A stretch of 64,000 nt of DNA from Blastocladiella emersonii ATCC 22665 (GCA_025594325.1 JANHCV010000001.1:4464001-4528000), one strand, 5' to 3'. Shown: positions 1 to 11,272, numbered from the stretch's first letter. A program made the numbers and translations. Notes: generated by a model not told the origin, from the sequence alone.

Positions 1-245
1 GGCGGCATGGCACGCGGCTCGTGTTGTTGCTGCTGCTGCTGCTGCTGCTGGGGCGCGGCCGCCGCGTCGACGGTCTGGGCCCGCGGCGTGGTCGGGACGG
101 GGGCCGGGGCGCCGGGGAGGAAGTGCGGGAGGTAGCCCGCGTGCGTCTGCGTCGGCTGCTGTGGGGCCGAGCTACCCGACAGGCTGATCGTGCCCGTGGG
201 CGCCGCCGTCGTGGTCGTGGTGGTGGTGGTCGAGTTGCCCGACAT
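1..245 (-). CDS. 5' part of a hypothetical low-complexity protein (Thr-run, poly-Gln); runs off the window edge
   Basis: ATG at 245 in acaATG context. Manual translation MSGNSTTTTTTTTAAPTGTISLSGSSAPQQPTQTHAGYLPHFLPGAPAPVPTTPRAQTVDAAAAPQQQQQQQQQHEPRAMP is open to position 1 with GC3-rich codons. Confidence 0.55.
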   Translation of the reverse strand, partial: MSGNSTTTTTTTTAAPTGTISLSGSSAPQQPTQTHAGYLPHFLPGAPAPVPTTPRAQTVDAAAAPQQQQQQQQQHEPRAMP

Positions 246-875
246 TGTGGTGGCGACCAGTAGTCGGTCGACGGGCGGGCGGGGAGGCACGCGGGGTCAG
301 GATCGAGGAGGGCACGCGATCCCGATGATCGAACTTGATGGATAGATGTAGTCGCAGGAGCAGTCGATGATGGCTGCGAGGATACTTGATATCGTAGTAA
401 TAGGTCAAGGATATGACTTAGAGAGATTTGATGAGGGAGCAGAGCGGGAGTGAGGGAGGATGAGGCCGGCTCAAGGGCAGGGGGTCCTCCCACCCGAGCA
501 AGCTGTGCCCACGAGGTGTGATACATTTGGGCAATATCATAATACTGCGAGTGGAAACCGGGTCTCAACCGCTGCGGCGGACGCAGGTGATTGGTGGACC
601 GACCGACTGGGAAATGCGTCATGTCTCCAAGGTTTTCGCTCATGAATCAAGGTGGGAAACCTTGGCAATATAGCGGTTCGCCCGCCCGTTTTGCAAGCGA
701 AAACGAAACGCGTGATCGTGTCTCGCAGGCGCGTCTCGCAGCTGGCAGCGCGTTTCTCACGTGTGTGGCGGCCGATCGTGGCGCCTCTTCGCTTTCGCTT
801 CGTGGTCGCGGCCGTGCCGTATCAACAACCTCGGTCTTCCCTCCCTCGCTGCGAGCATCACACCCACGTAAGGCC

Positions 876-1551
876 ATGTACACTCTCCGCAACGCGATCA
901 AGCGCACGACCGCGGGCCCGTGCCGGTCGCTCCTGCTGCAGCGCGGCAAGCAGACGGCGTCCGAGTGGAAGGCGCACGGCCAGCGCGGCGGCGTGACGGG
1001 CTCCGGCACCCCGACCCTCGGCAAGAGCGTCGCCATGCTCACCGTGTTCGGCGCGTCCATGTTCGGCCTCACCAAGTACTTTTTGAACATGCAGCGCCGC
1101 AAGAACCGTACGCTTGCTGTCGCGGGGTCCCTCGCCGCTGAGAGACGCTCACCGTGATGGTTTCTAGTCGTCATGGACATTCTCATGTTCCAGCTGCGCA
1201 CGAACCCGACGCTCAAGGACGAGCTCGGCGAGAGCATCGACCTGGCCGGCTGGAAGTGGATCGACGGCGAGATTAACCAGCTGCGTGGTATCGTTGACGT
1301 CAAGTTTGACGTGACCGGCACCAAGGGTACTTCGTCAGTACCTTCGCCCCTTCACCGATCGCGATACTCACGTCCATGGCGCGCGCGTCCGTGTAGGCGG
1401 CGTCGCGACGATCGCCGTCAAGATGCAGCGGTACCCGCACGACCCGACGCGGTGGCAGACGGTCGACTACCACGTCGAGATGCCCGGCAAGTCGTGGAAC
1501 GGCTACGTCGACGACGAGTCGGGCACCCTCGTGCTCCAGGGCGGCCAGTAG
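876..1551 (+). CDS. COA1: Cytochrome c oxidase assembly factor Coa1-like mitochondrial protein (2 introns)
   Basis: Arg-rich presequence, one TM (VAMLTVFGASMFGLTKYFL), then MFQLRTNPTLKDELGESIDLAGWKWIDGEINQLRGIVDVKFDVTGTK, matching the Coa1 pattern. The last exon (GGVATIAVKMQRYP...QGGQ*) follows a GTACT..TAG intron. Confidence 0.75.
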
Positions 1552-1828
1552 TTTTAACCGTCCCGCGGGCTCATTTTTGCTTGATACAACCTCATCCCTG
1601 CTCGCATCCTTGTGGCCCTGTCTCGCACTTGGCCAGTTCTGAGCAAGGACGCGTCAGACTGACTCGGCCAATCGCCGCGATCACGGCGGGAGACGCGTCG
1701 CGCGCGCGAGGAACAAGCACGACGCAGCCGACGCGTCGCGTCCCTCGTCCGAACATGCGTCGAGCTGCCTCTCTTCGCGCCAATTATCCTCGCTAGACTC
1801 TGCTACACCTCAAACACAATCGCGAACC

Positions 1829-2856
1829 ATGCATCAACCCGCCATGCGCCGCCCCTTCCACAAGTTCCTGGCCGTCGCCGCCCTCACGACGCTCCTCCTC
1901 GCCGTCGCGACGTCGGTCCACGCGGCACCCGCCCTTCGGCGGCGCCACGGCGACGCATCGTCCGCCACCGCGCGATCGCTTGTGCTCAACCGGTTCGCGC
2001 GCGGCGTGTCCGACGACGCGAGTCCCGCGTGTGCCGCGGCGCGCGACCAGGTGTCGCGGTGGGCCGGGCTGACGTCGTGCTACGGGCCCGACCTCGAGCT
2101 CTTCTACGCGACGCCGTCAGTTGTGTGCCCCGCCGCGTGCCTGAACGCGACGATTGTCGCGTCGCAGATCATTGCCGCGTCGTGTAACCAGACGGTCGCG
2201 GTCGCGGGGTTCCAGCAGTCGGGCGTCTACCTCGTACGTTCCCTAGTTGTGTCCGCGTCGCGATGGACGGCTACTCACGCCCGTTCGTATCTAGGCGTGG
2301 GCGAACGAGACCAACGCGCGCCTCGCGTGCGCGACGACGCCGCCGTCGGCCGCGGACCTGGCCACCGCGGGTCCCGACGCGTCGGCTTCGCCGCAATCGT
2401 ACGCGATCGAGACCGTGTATAACGCGTACCTCGGGTGGAAGATGTCGTTGGCCGAGGTGCTCGCGGCGCAGGGCGCGTCGCCGTCGGCCGCGGTCCCGGC
2501 CAACCCCGTGTACCCCAAGGCCGTGCTCGCCGCGCTCGCCGACTCGCAGTGCACCGACACCAACCGCGCGTTCTGGGCGAGCACGCTCGGCGCGCCTGGG
2601 TCGCAGCCGACGCTGTGTACGGCTCGATGAGAGAACTTGATGACAGGAACCGTGGCTAACGAACGTGTGGCGTGTAGACTACTGGAGCGTGGTCGACGCG
2701 ACGGCGTACGTGGCCGCGCTGCGGACCATCTGTGGGCCGACCTTCTTCGACGTCAAGCCGGCCGCGACCACGACGGCCTCGAGCGCCGGCGCGGCTCCAC
2801 TGGCCCTGATGTCGGAGCCGCCGGCACAGTCCGCCGCCGGTACCTCGGCCTACTGA
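1829..2856 (+). CDS. Secreted Cys-containing hypothetical protein (2 introns)
   Basis: Signal peptide (KFLAVAALTTLLLAVATSVHA), basic propeptide-like LRRR, about 8 Cys and N-glycosylation sequons NAT/NQT/NET. Exons are joined across GTACG..TAG introns (ORFs 1829, 2415, 2665). Confidence 0.65.
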
Positions 2857-3056
2857 GCCGCCCGTCCGTGGCCGCCTTCAGTCAAATCACACACTCCCAC
2901 ATCATTCATTCATTCCCTGGCACACTCAATACACACGCACGCACGCATTGTCATACACTCGACTGGTTCCGACATCTAAGTCTTGGGATACATTTAAATA
3001 ACGCACAAAAAGGTGGAATGAACAGCACGCCCACGCCCGCAGCAGCCCGCACAGTC

Positions 3057-4774
3057 TCAGAAGTTGGTCCGGTACTCGTTTCGGCTGCGCTGCGACCCGC
3101 CGCCGTACTGCTGTTGCTGTTGATGCCCACTGTACGACGACTGGCTCGTCGTGCCGCTGTAGTACCCGCTCCCGGGCGGCGTCGGCGCGAGATGCTGGCC
3201 GTGCGAGAACCCGTTCCCGCTGCCCGTCTGGCTCCCGCCATTCGTGCTGCCGCCAAAGTTGGACCGGAACTGCTGCTGCGCGTACGAGTCCTGCGAGTAG
3301 AGGTGCGAAACGGCGGGCGCGATGGGTGCGCCGGACGCCGAGATGAACCCGGAGCTGACGGTCGTGGACGCGACGGGCGACGCGTACGCGGCCTGCGGGT
3401 ACTTGACGTCGATGATGCGTGTGCCCGGGATCGGCGACGGCACGTAGGACGACCCGACGCCGCCGACGCCCGACGGCGTGTACAGGGGCATCGGCACCGA
3501 GTCGGTATGGGCACCAGCGGAGCTCTCGTTGCCGCTCGTGTTCCACTGGTTGCCCGAGGTCCCCGACACGCACGCGGCGAGCTGCGACGAGAAGTACACG
3601 ATGGCGTTGAAGACGCCCGCGCCCGGGATCGTCAGGACGTGCAGGATGAAGAGCCCGTAGTAGGTCGTCTTGCCGTCGGCGGACAGCATGGTCGCGACGC
3701 GGTTGGTCGTCGCGCCGAAATAGGCGAGGAAGAAGGCCGCCATGTACAGTGACGTCTTGATGGCGAACCGCAGCCGCGCGCGGAACTGCTTGCGCGCGCT
3801 CGTCGGGTTGCCCGAGCTCGCGAGTGATGCACTAGACGGGGACGGGATGCGGGATCGGGAGTCAGATCACTGTGGCCATCACGGCGCCAACCGATCAAAG
3901 TGCAGACGTACGCGCTCTCCTGGAACGTGCGATGGATCTCGAGGCCGACCGCGACGTAGATGATGAAGCAGTACGCGAACACGATCCACAGCGGGATGAA
4001 GAACATGATCTACAATCGCGAGGGATGGGGCATGCGTCAGTCATGGTCGCGTCGCGCCACACATGAGGGGCCAAGCCACGGTGGAGGCGCCACCACCACG
4101 CCGGCCCCGAGGCTACGCCAGCGCCATACGCCATGGCGTGGCCAACCACGGCGCGGCGCGTCGAGTCAGGGCCTGGCTGGCTGGCTGGCTGGCTGCGCCG
4201 CAATGGCCGCGGTGGCGGCAGGGTGTGGCGAAGCGCGCGAAGGACAAGGGAGAGGTACGAGTCGGTACGACGCCCACTTGTCGCCAATCCAGCACCACTG
4301 GGTCGCGTTGCCGTAAAAGGACACGTCTCCGGTGCCGGCGAACATGGGGAGGAACAGCGGGGCGAGAACGACGGCCAGCGGGACGGTCCACGCGACCATG
4401 TGGTAGTACCGCTCGACGTGCAGGATGTCGGACATGGCGCGGCGGCCGCAGATCGCCAGGTAGATGTTGGTGGCCATGGCCGCGGCCCACAGGGACGAGG
4501 CGAGGAATCCCCACTGCATCGTCACAGCCTGGAAGACGCACAGGCCGCTCGGGTCCTCGCCCTTGGCGGGGACCTGCGAGTTGCCCAGCAGCATCGGCGG
4601 CATCGGGAGCAGGGACGCCAGCGTCCACCAGATCACGATGCGCGACGGCGCCGCTCGCACGCGGTACCAGTTGCGGACCACGTCGATGAAGATGCAGATG
4701 GACCCGAAGATCGACAGCGACGCCATGATCCGCAGCAACAGCTGCAGCGTGTCGAGCTGGTCCTTGGTGAGCAT
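3057..4774 (-). CDS. 7TM GPCR, cAMP-receptor-like (Dictyostelium CAR/Crl, Git3-related); 2 introns (4010-4258 and a ~78-nt intron)
   Basis: Seven hydrophobic helices with family motifs ASLSIFGS, LCVFQA..QWG, ERYYHMVAW.VP, YGNATQWCWI, MFFIPLW and GVFNAIVY, followed by a Gly/Ser/Gln-rich C-tail. Confidence 0.85.
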
Positions 4775-5896
4775 GGTTGCTGAGGCTTGCGAGGAAGGTG
4801 GATGGCGTGGAGGGAGAGGGGAGAAGGGGGAGGACGGCGAGGTCAAGGTGGTGGCCGTCGTGTGGAGCACAAGGAAGCAGAGGAGGGGGGTGGCTCAGCA
4901 GCCGGACGGAGGTGGAAGGCAAGAGGACGCTCGCTCGAGTCGATCGTGGCCCTCTGAGATAGATAACGAGTCGGCAGCAGCGGCGACGGTTTGCAGAGAG
5001 AACAAGGAGAGAGCCTTCTCCGTGAACGAACGACGGCGGTCAGATGCGGCGGCGCCCTGGGTCGCCTGAGGCAGAGGCGGCGGGGGCGGCGCCCGCACCG
5101 GCGTGCTGGCGTGGGCGAGGCCGAAACGAAACAACGAGGCCACCGGTCTCGAAGATCCAGCGGCAAGGCAGGGAAGAGTTGAACCGCAGCGCAAGAGCAG
5201 CGAGCCGCCGACCAGCGTCCATCGCGCGCTGCTCTGATTGGACGGCCGTGGTCGCGCGATGTCATTAGTTCCTGCATAAATAGGTCTCGTGCAGGTGCAT
5301 CTGCGTGCTCTAGGCCCGGTGCGCCCGCGTGGGCCCCGCCATCACTCATTCATCACGACTACGCCGACGTCGGCCGGCGACGATGGTCACCAATGATCGT
5401 GATGCGGCCATGATCTCGCGCGATTTACCCAGGAACCCGTCGTCGTCGACTGCACGCGCGAGTGCGGGTCGTGCGCGACGAGCGCGTGCTCGATCCGCGC
5501 GGGGCGGTTCAGCTCGCGTTGTGTCCGCGGCCAAACGCGGGCGACGTTTGAGGAGTATAAATGGACGTGGCACTCCCGTGGTGGTGGCGGAGGCGGAGGC
5601 GGAGGCGGCGCCCAGCTCGTCCGACCGACGAACGTGATGGTCCGCTCGGCGAGGCGACGCGTGAAAGCGGGGTTTGAAACGTGGCGAGCGAGCGAAGGCG
5701 GACGAGGGTCGAGAAATCAACGTGGTGTGTTACGAAACAAAGGCAGGAGGTATGGGGCGAGAGACAAGGGCGGTCTCCCTCCCGAGCAAAAGAGAGAAGA
5801 GGGGGGTGGGACGAGCGAGAGAGAGTAGACACAGATGAACGAGCGAACTGAACCGCACGCGCGACTGAGCCAGAACGCGCAGACGCGAGGGGGAAT

Positions 5897-7354
5897 TTAG
5901 CAGCACCCGCCCGAGGACTGCTGCTGCACCGACTCGCCGGGCTTGATGTTGACGGTCTGCTTGTTGTTCTGCTGCGGGTTCGAGTTGCTGCCCATGCTAG
6001 AGGTACGAGTGAGGAGAGTGAGACCCGTGGTCGAGGCACAGACACGACAGTGGAAGACGTACCGGTCCTTGATCTGCTTGGCCATGGTGACGAAGGCCTG
6101 CTCGACGTTGGTGGCGGACTTGGCCGAGGTCTCGAGGAAGGTGAGCTTGAGGCTGTCGGCAAACTCCTTGGCCTCGTTGTAGTCGACCACCTTCTTGCCG
6201 ACCAGGTCCGACTTGTTGCCGACCAGCAGCTTGTTGACGCCGTCGACGGCGTACCGGTCAATCTCGGCGAGCCACGTCTTGACGTTGGCGAAGGTCTCCT
6301 TGTCGGTCACGTCGTACACAACGATGATGCCGTGGGCGCCGCGGTAGTAGGTCGACGTGATGGTGCGGAAGCGCTCCTGGCCGGCCGTGTCCCACTACAC
6401 GTTGACATGGGTGAGCGAGGGGGACGCGTGTCGGGGGATGGGCAAGAGGAGTCGTACGATCTGGAGCTTGACGGTCTTGCCCTCGAGCTCGATGGTGCGG
6501 ATCTTCTACTCGGGGCGAAGCAATGCGCGTCAGCGACCGCAACAGGATCATCCAGTATCGGGAGAAGACGTACGAAGTCGACGCCGATGGTGCTGATGTA
6601 CGACTCGGTGTACGTGTCGTCCTACACGCGCAAAAATAGTGAGCTCGATGGTTCAAGCCACGAGGACGAGCGGGCGACGTACGGCAAAACGAAGGAGCAG
6701 GCACGACTTGCCGACACCCGAGTCGCCGATGAGGAGGAGCTTGAAGAGGTAGTCGCTAGACGAGAGGGGCGAGCGCGAGGTGAGACGGGTGCTCGAGGCG
6801 GACGCAAGTTGCGCGGCGCACGCGCGGTGGCCACCACCACCACGAGTTGGGTCAGGGAGGGATAGCTGGTCCATGGCGAGACACTCGTCGCGTCGAAGCA
6901 GGGCGTGGTGAGGGTCCAGATGCCCAGTCGCGAGCGGAGGCGAACGGGACGCGATGGCGGGATGAGCGTCGCGTCACCTCGGGGCCGGATGAGGCAGGCG
7001 GGGTCGATCGGGAGGCCGTTCGTCGCGACCCACGGCGCGCGAAACCGCGTGGTGGAATGTCGGAGTCGAGTAGAGTTGGCCGTGCGGCTTTCGGGGCCTC
7101 GTGAGGTGAGGGAAGCGCGCGCGCTTGGCGCAGCAGCCCGGATGTCGCGACTCGGCGTCTCCCACCCTCCATGCGCGCGTCCGATGAGCTCGATGCGTAA
7201 TTTGGTCGAGAGCGAGTAGGTCCCTCCTCGGCGCGAGCAGGAAAATGGGTGGCAGGCGAGGGAGGTGGTGGCGGATGGTGGTGGTGGTGGTGGCGCGCGA
7301 GCGCGAGCCCGGCGGGCGGGGCGGGCCGGCGGACACGCACTACTCGGGATTCAT
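5897..7354 (-). CDS. YPT1: Rab1/Ypt1 small GTPase (multi-intron; first intron 6756-7340)
   Basis: MNPEY|[68 protein letters not shown] and C-terminal GGCC prenylation motif. Confidence 0.97.
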
Positions 7355-7764
7355 GATGAGGGAAGGGCGTCGGGGTCCAAATGCATGCACTAGCGGGAGC
7401 GCGTGAGGATCGAGGAGGGCGAGCGACGAGAGGCGGGCGGGCCAGGCGGCCAGGCAGCGCGGCGGCGTGTGTGGCGGGCGCGACAGGCCGCAGGCCGACA
7501 TCACTCCTGTTCTGGCACCGCGAGGAACACGTTTAAACGCCTCCCGCCACACTGGAAAACCCGCGCGTGACGCGGCGTGACCACGCGTTTCGCGATGGTT
7601 TTGTCTCGCGCCGCTCGCGAGACACGACGGCGAGTGATGTAGTAAATTGCTCTATATTGGTACAAATTCTTCTTCCCACACACTATGCCGTGCACGGCGC
7701 ACGCGCGCGCGCGCGCCACTCGCCCGGTGACGCGGGGACTCGAGCGGACACGAACGCGGCGCGC

Positions 7765-9921
7765 TCACACGGAGCCCTGGGCGGCGCGGCCGACGTACTG
7801 GACGTAGTACATGACGCCGCCCATGGGCTGGCCGATGACGCAGAAGGCAGTCCACATGAGCAGGTTGCCGAACACGTTGATGCCCTCGGGGTGGCGCACG
7901 CGGTACCAGTTGTCGATGACCTGCGTGACGACGATGAGCGGGATCTGCAGGAACATGGCGTTGAAGGCGTGCAGCTGGAAGATCTTGACGGGCGGCGCGA
8001 TGATGTACTCGTGGAACACGGCCGAGATGAAGAAGATGGCCAGCGCCGCCTGGAACTTGGAGTACCCCGCCGCCTTTCCCTTGGCCGCCGCCGCCTCCTT
8101 GGCCGCGGACGGCGACACGTGCGGGTCTGGAAGGCCGCGGCCGGCGACCATCGGGATGTAGACGTGGCGCTTGAGCCAGTTGTGCACCGGAATGTTCCAC
8201 AGCCGCCAGTACGCCGCGATCGTCGACGCGTTCCACCACTCCTTGTAGAACTCGCGGTCGGCGAACCGCGTCACCTCGGCAACGAGGTTCACCCAACTAT
8301 GGAAGAGAGCCACAAACATGATGAGCCAGAAGGGTACCACAGCGAGCGAGAGCTTGAGCAGACGCTCGAGGAACGTGGCGGCCGTGAACCCGTCGAACTT
8401 GAGGTTGCCCGTCACCGGATCCGTGATGGCGCGCACGGTCCCGTCGAGAATCGGCTGCATGTGCTGGAACAGGATGATGTACATGAGCGAGACGCAGACA
8501 AACGTCTCGACTGCATGCTTGATCACCTTGCGAACCCGAACGCGCGGCGTGCGCGGGTACGACGGCTGGTAGCACAGCGTCGGGAACGTGAGGAATTCGA
8601 CGAGGTTGCCGAGCGAGATGTTGGTCGGGTACTGGCCGCGCGTGGACACGCCGCCCGACTGGTTGCCCGTGTAGGTGGCGATGCCGTAGCCGTACGCGTG
8701 GAAGTAGCGCAGCTCGGCGTTGACGAGGTGGTACGACGTGAGCTTGAGGAACAAGATCGTCGTGATCATGAGGAGCCCGATCCCGATGGCCGGGTGCCCC
8801 ACGGCCAACCACACCCACACGAGCGGCACGACCAGGATCGACGCCAGGTTGATGGCCGCGAGGCTGCGCCATGTCTTCTCCGAGAAGAAGAACACGACGC
8901 CCTGCTCGGCACCCTCGCGCTCGATCGCGTACGAGATGAAGATGTTGGCGGCGTGGAACGCGAGCAGGCCGATCGCGACGGCCACGTCGCCCGTCGGCAT
9001 CGACGCGCCGGTCGGGATCCCGATCAGCAGACCGTACTTGAGCAGGTTGGACAGGATCAGGCGCAGGTTGCTGACGACGAGCACAAGCGCAGCCACGTTG
9101 ACGAGCCCGCGGTACGACTGCTCGGGCGCCTCGGACGACAGCGGCGAGTGTGCGAGCTTGCGGTGCGCCGGCAGCGCGTGGATCGAGTACGGGTCCTTGG
9201 CGTACGGCTCGGGCGCGCGCACTACCCCGGGGGCCGCCGCGGCGGGGCGGACCGAGGCTCGGCGCACCGAGCTGCCGCCCGACTTGCGGATCGACGCCGG
9301 ACGCGGCGAGAATGCGGCGGCAGGCGCGGGAGCGATCGCATCGCGGCTCACCGTGACGGTCGCGGCGGCGTCCGAGTCGCCGCCCTGCACGACGCTGTCG
9401 CGGTTGGCCTTGGTGCGGCGGCGCACGACGCGGAGCGCGGTGGTGCCGTCGGCAGCAATCGTCGACTGCGGCGGCGAGGAGGAGGGCGTGCCGAGGTCGG
9501 ACCCTGACGCCGACCCGCTGCTGCGTCGCTCGACGGGGACGCCCGTGTCCTTGAGGACGAGGACGCGGCGGATGACCTTCTTGGTCTTCTTGACGGGCGC
9601 CGCCGACGACCCCTCGGCCGCGGGCGCCGTGGCGACGGTGATGTCAGACGCGGACACGGTGATGGTCGAGTCGTCGAGGGCGCTCCCAAGCTGGCTGCTC
9701 GACAGGCGGTCCACGTCCGTCTCGGGCGGCGTCGGCAGCGTGGCCTCGACGAGCATCAGCTTGCGCGTCTCGACGTCGGGCGTCGGCACGGGCGACGACG
9801 GCAGCGACGCGAACGACCCGTCGGCCTGGTGCGCCGACTTGCGCCGCTTCTGCCGCACGATCAGGCGCGGCGGAGCGGGCGCGGTCTCGGCCGTGGAGGC
9901 GTCGATGGCGGCGGAGGACAT
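7765..9921 (-). CDS. DGAT1: Acyl-CoA:diacylglycerol acyltransferase 1 (MBOAT), intronless, with long disordered N-terminus
   Basis: AH..L.HSPLSS...QSYRGLVN, SNLRLILSNLLKYG, FPTLCYQPSYPRT, FLERLLKLS, FADREFYKEWWN, WNIPVHNWLKRHVY and SAVFHEY. Likely start is MSSAAID at 9921. Confidence 0.92.
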   Translation of the reverse strand: MSSAAIDASTAETAPAPPRLIVRQKRRKSAHQADGSFASLPSSPVPTPDVETRKLMLVEATLPTPPETDVDRLSSSQLGSALDDSTITVSASDITVATAPAAEGSSAAPVKKTKKVIRRVLVLKDTGVPVERRSSGSASGSDLGTPSSSPPQSTIAADGTTALRVVRRRTKANRDSVVQGGDSDAAATVTVSRDAIAPAPAAAFSPRPASIRKSGGSSVRRASVRPAAAAPGVVRAPEPYAKDPYSIHALPAHRKLAHSPLSSEAPEQSYRGLVNVAALVLVVSNLRLILSNLLKYGLLIGIPTGASMPTGDVAVAIGLLAFHAANIFISYAIEREGAEQGVVFFFSEKTWRSLAAINLASILVVPLVWVWLAVGHPAIGIGLLMITTILFLKLTSYHLVNAELRYFHAYGYGIATYTGNQSGGVSTRGQYPTNISLGNLVEFLTFPTLCYQPSYPRTPRVRVRKVIKHAVETFVCVSLMYIILFQHMQPILDGTVRAITDPVTGNLKFDGFTAATFLERLLKLSLAVVPFWLIMFVALFHSWVNLVAEVTRFADREFYKEWWNASTIAAYWRLWNIPVHNWLKRHVYIPMVAGRGLPDPHVSPSAAKEAAAAKGKAAGYSKFQAALAIFFISAVFHEYIIAPPVKIFQLHAFNAMFLQIPLIVVTQVIDNWYRVRHPEGINVFGNLLMWTAFCVIGQPMGGVMYYVQYVGRAAQGSV

Positions 9922-10506
9922 GGGTGTGTGTGTGTGCGCCTGGACGAGAGCTGCGGGGGCGTGTGAGACTGGGTCGGGGCCGATGGAGGGCGTCGGACGG
10001 GCGTACAGCGGTCCTGACGGGAGATGCGCTGTGATGATTCGGGTGATTCGCCTCACCGCTCGGTCCCGCTCGACTGGTATAGATGCGTGGAGAGCAAGGA
10101 GAGCTTCGTTGCGATGGCGAGCATGCAGAGAGCGGGGAGAGAGGGAGAGAGGGCTCGAAGGGAGGAGCGCTGGGCGTCGGGCGTCGGCAGGGAGGGTTGC
10201 AAAACGACGTCACAGGCGCCACCTGGGGCCACATGAAACAGGACCCGCCCGGGGCCTCCAAAATGATGTCAGCCTGTCAGCCGTTGAATTTTTTTGACAA
10301 CCTGCGGGATATTAGCATTCTATCGGGATGGTTTCGGGATGGGAACCGGATGGCGCAGTTATGCACGTGGAGTGCATTCAGCGTGCATGTTGTCACCCCG
10401 CCGTCTCTCAAAAGGCGCGTTAGTGCGTCGCACTTCCATCGCCGCTCGCCGCTCCCCCATCAACGTATCTCGCATCGCACACTTGCTACGCATTCGACTA
10501 CACACC

Positions 10507-11027
10507 ATGCCCCGCAGCAGCAGCAGCAGCAGCAGCACCAAGTCGACGGCGTCCCGCCCCTCGGCCCCGGCCACGATCGCCGCGCCGATGCCGCCGGCGC
10601 TGCCCCAGCAGCAGTCGGAGACCATGGGCCTCTTCAAGCAGACGGCCGCCATCGCCGCAGGCAGCACCGTCGGCCACGTCGTCGGCCGCGGCACCTCGGG
10701 CGCCCTGTTCGGCCACGGCGGCGGCTCGTCGACGGTCACGCACGCGCCGGCCGGGTCCGTCGTGGTCGCGCAGTCGTCGGGCTCCGTCTTCAAGTACATT
10801 CTCGGCGCCGGGCTCATCGGCACCAGCGTCGGCGCCGTCGTCTGGCGCCAGCGCGCCATCCAGCTCGCCCGCGGGAACGCGGCTGCTGTCACGGCGGTTG
10901 CTGGGGGTACGCTCGGGCTCGTGGGTGAGTGCGAGGTTGGACATGGTCACTCACCCTCTCGCCCCTCTCGCCCGTTTGTTCTGTAGTGAGCGGCATCCTC
11001 GGCTTCGCGACGGTCCTGTCGTCGTGA
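10507..11027 (+). CDS. CHCHD2/CHCHD10/Mix17-like N-terminal module with hydrophobic C-terminus and no CHCH domain (1 intron)
   Basis: MPRSSSSS..SRPSAPA..PQQQ..GLFKQTAAIAAGSTVGHVVGRG..GALFG resembles the Mix17/CHCHD2 N-terminus. A GTGAGT..TAG intron joins the terminal exon (VSGILGFATVLSS*). The product has no Cys. Confidence 0.6.
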
Positions 11028-11272
11028 GGTCCCGCTGGACCTCCTGTCGCGACTGACTGTATACCATTCCACTCCAAGCTAATAAAAACCAAAACCGACT
11101 TTTCTGAAACACGACGCGTCGCATTCCTCACGTGAGCGCCGCGAGACGCGTTTCTCTCGCCGCGGGCTGGAGATCGGTCGTCGAGGGGCTTGGCTCCGCC
11201 TCTCCTCCTCCGTACCCCCTTGAGCAATAAAACCCATGAATCAGTCGTAGCAACGGACCCGCGACCACCACC

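Noticed and set aside
4774-5897. 1.1-kb gap with small ORFs and a plus-strand TATAAAT at ~5566
   Set aside because: No coding bias or motif; consistent with GPCR promoter plus YPT1 3' UTR.
7567-9507. 646-aa plus-strand ORF
   Set aside because: Antisense shadow of DGAT1; such stop-free frames are expected with very high GC3.
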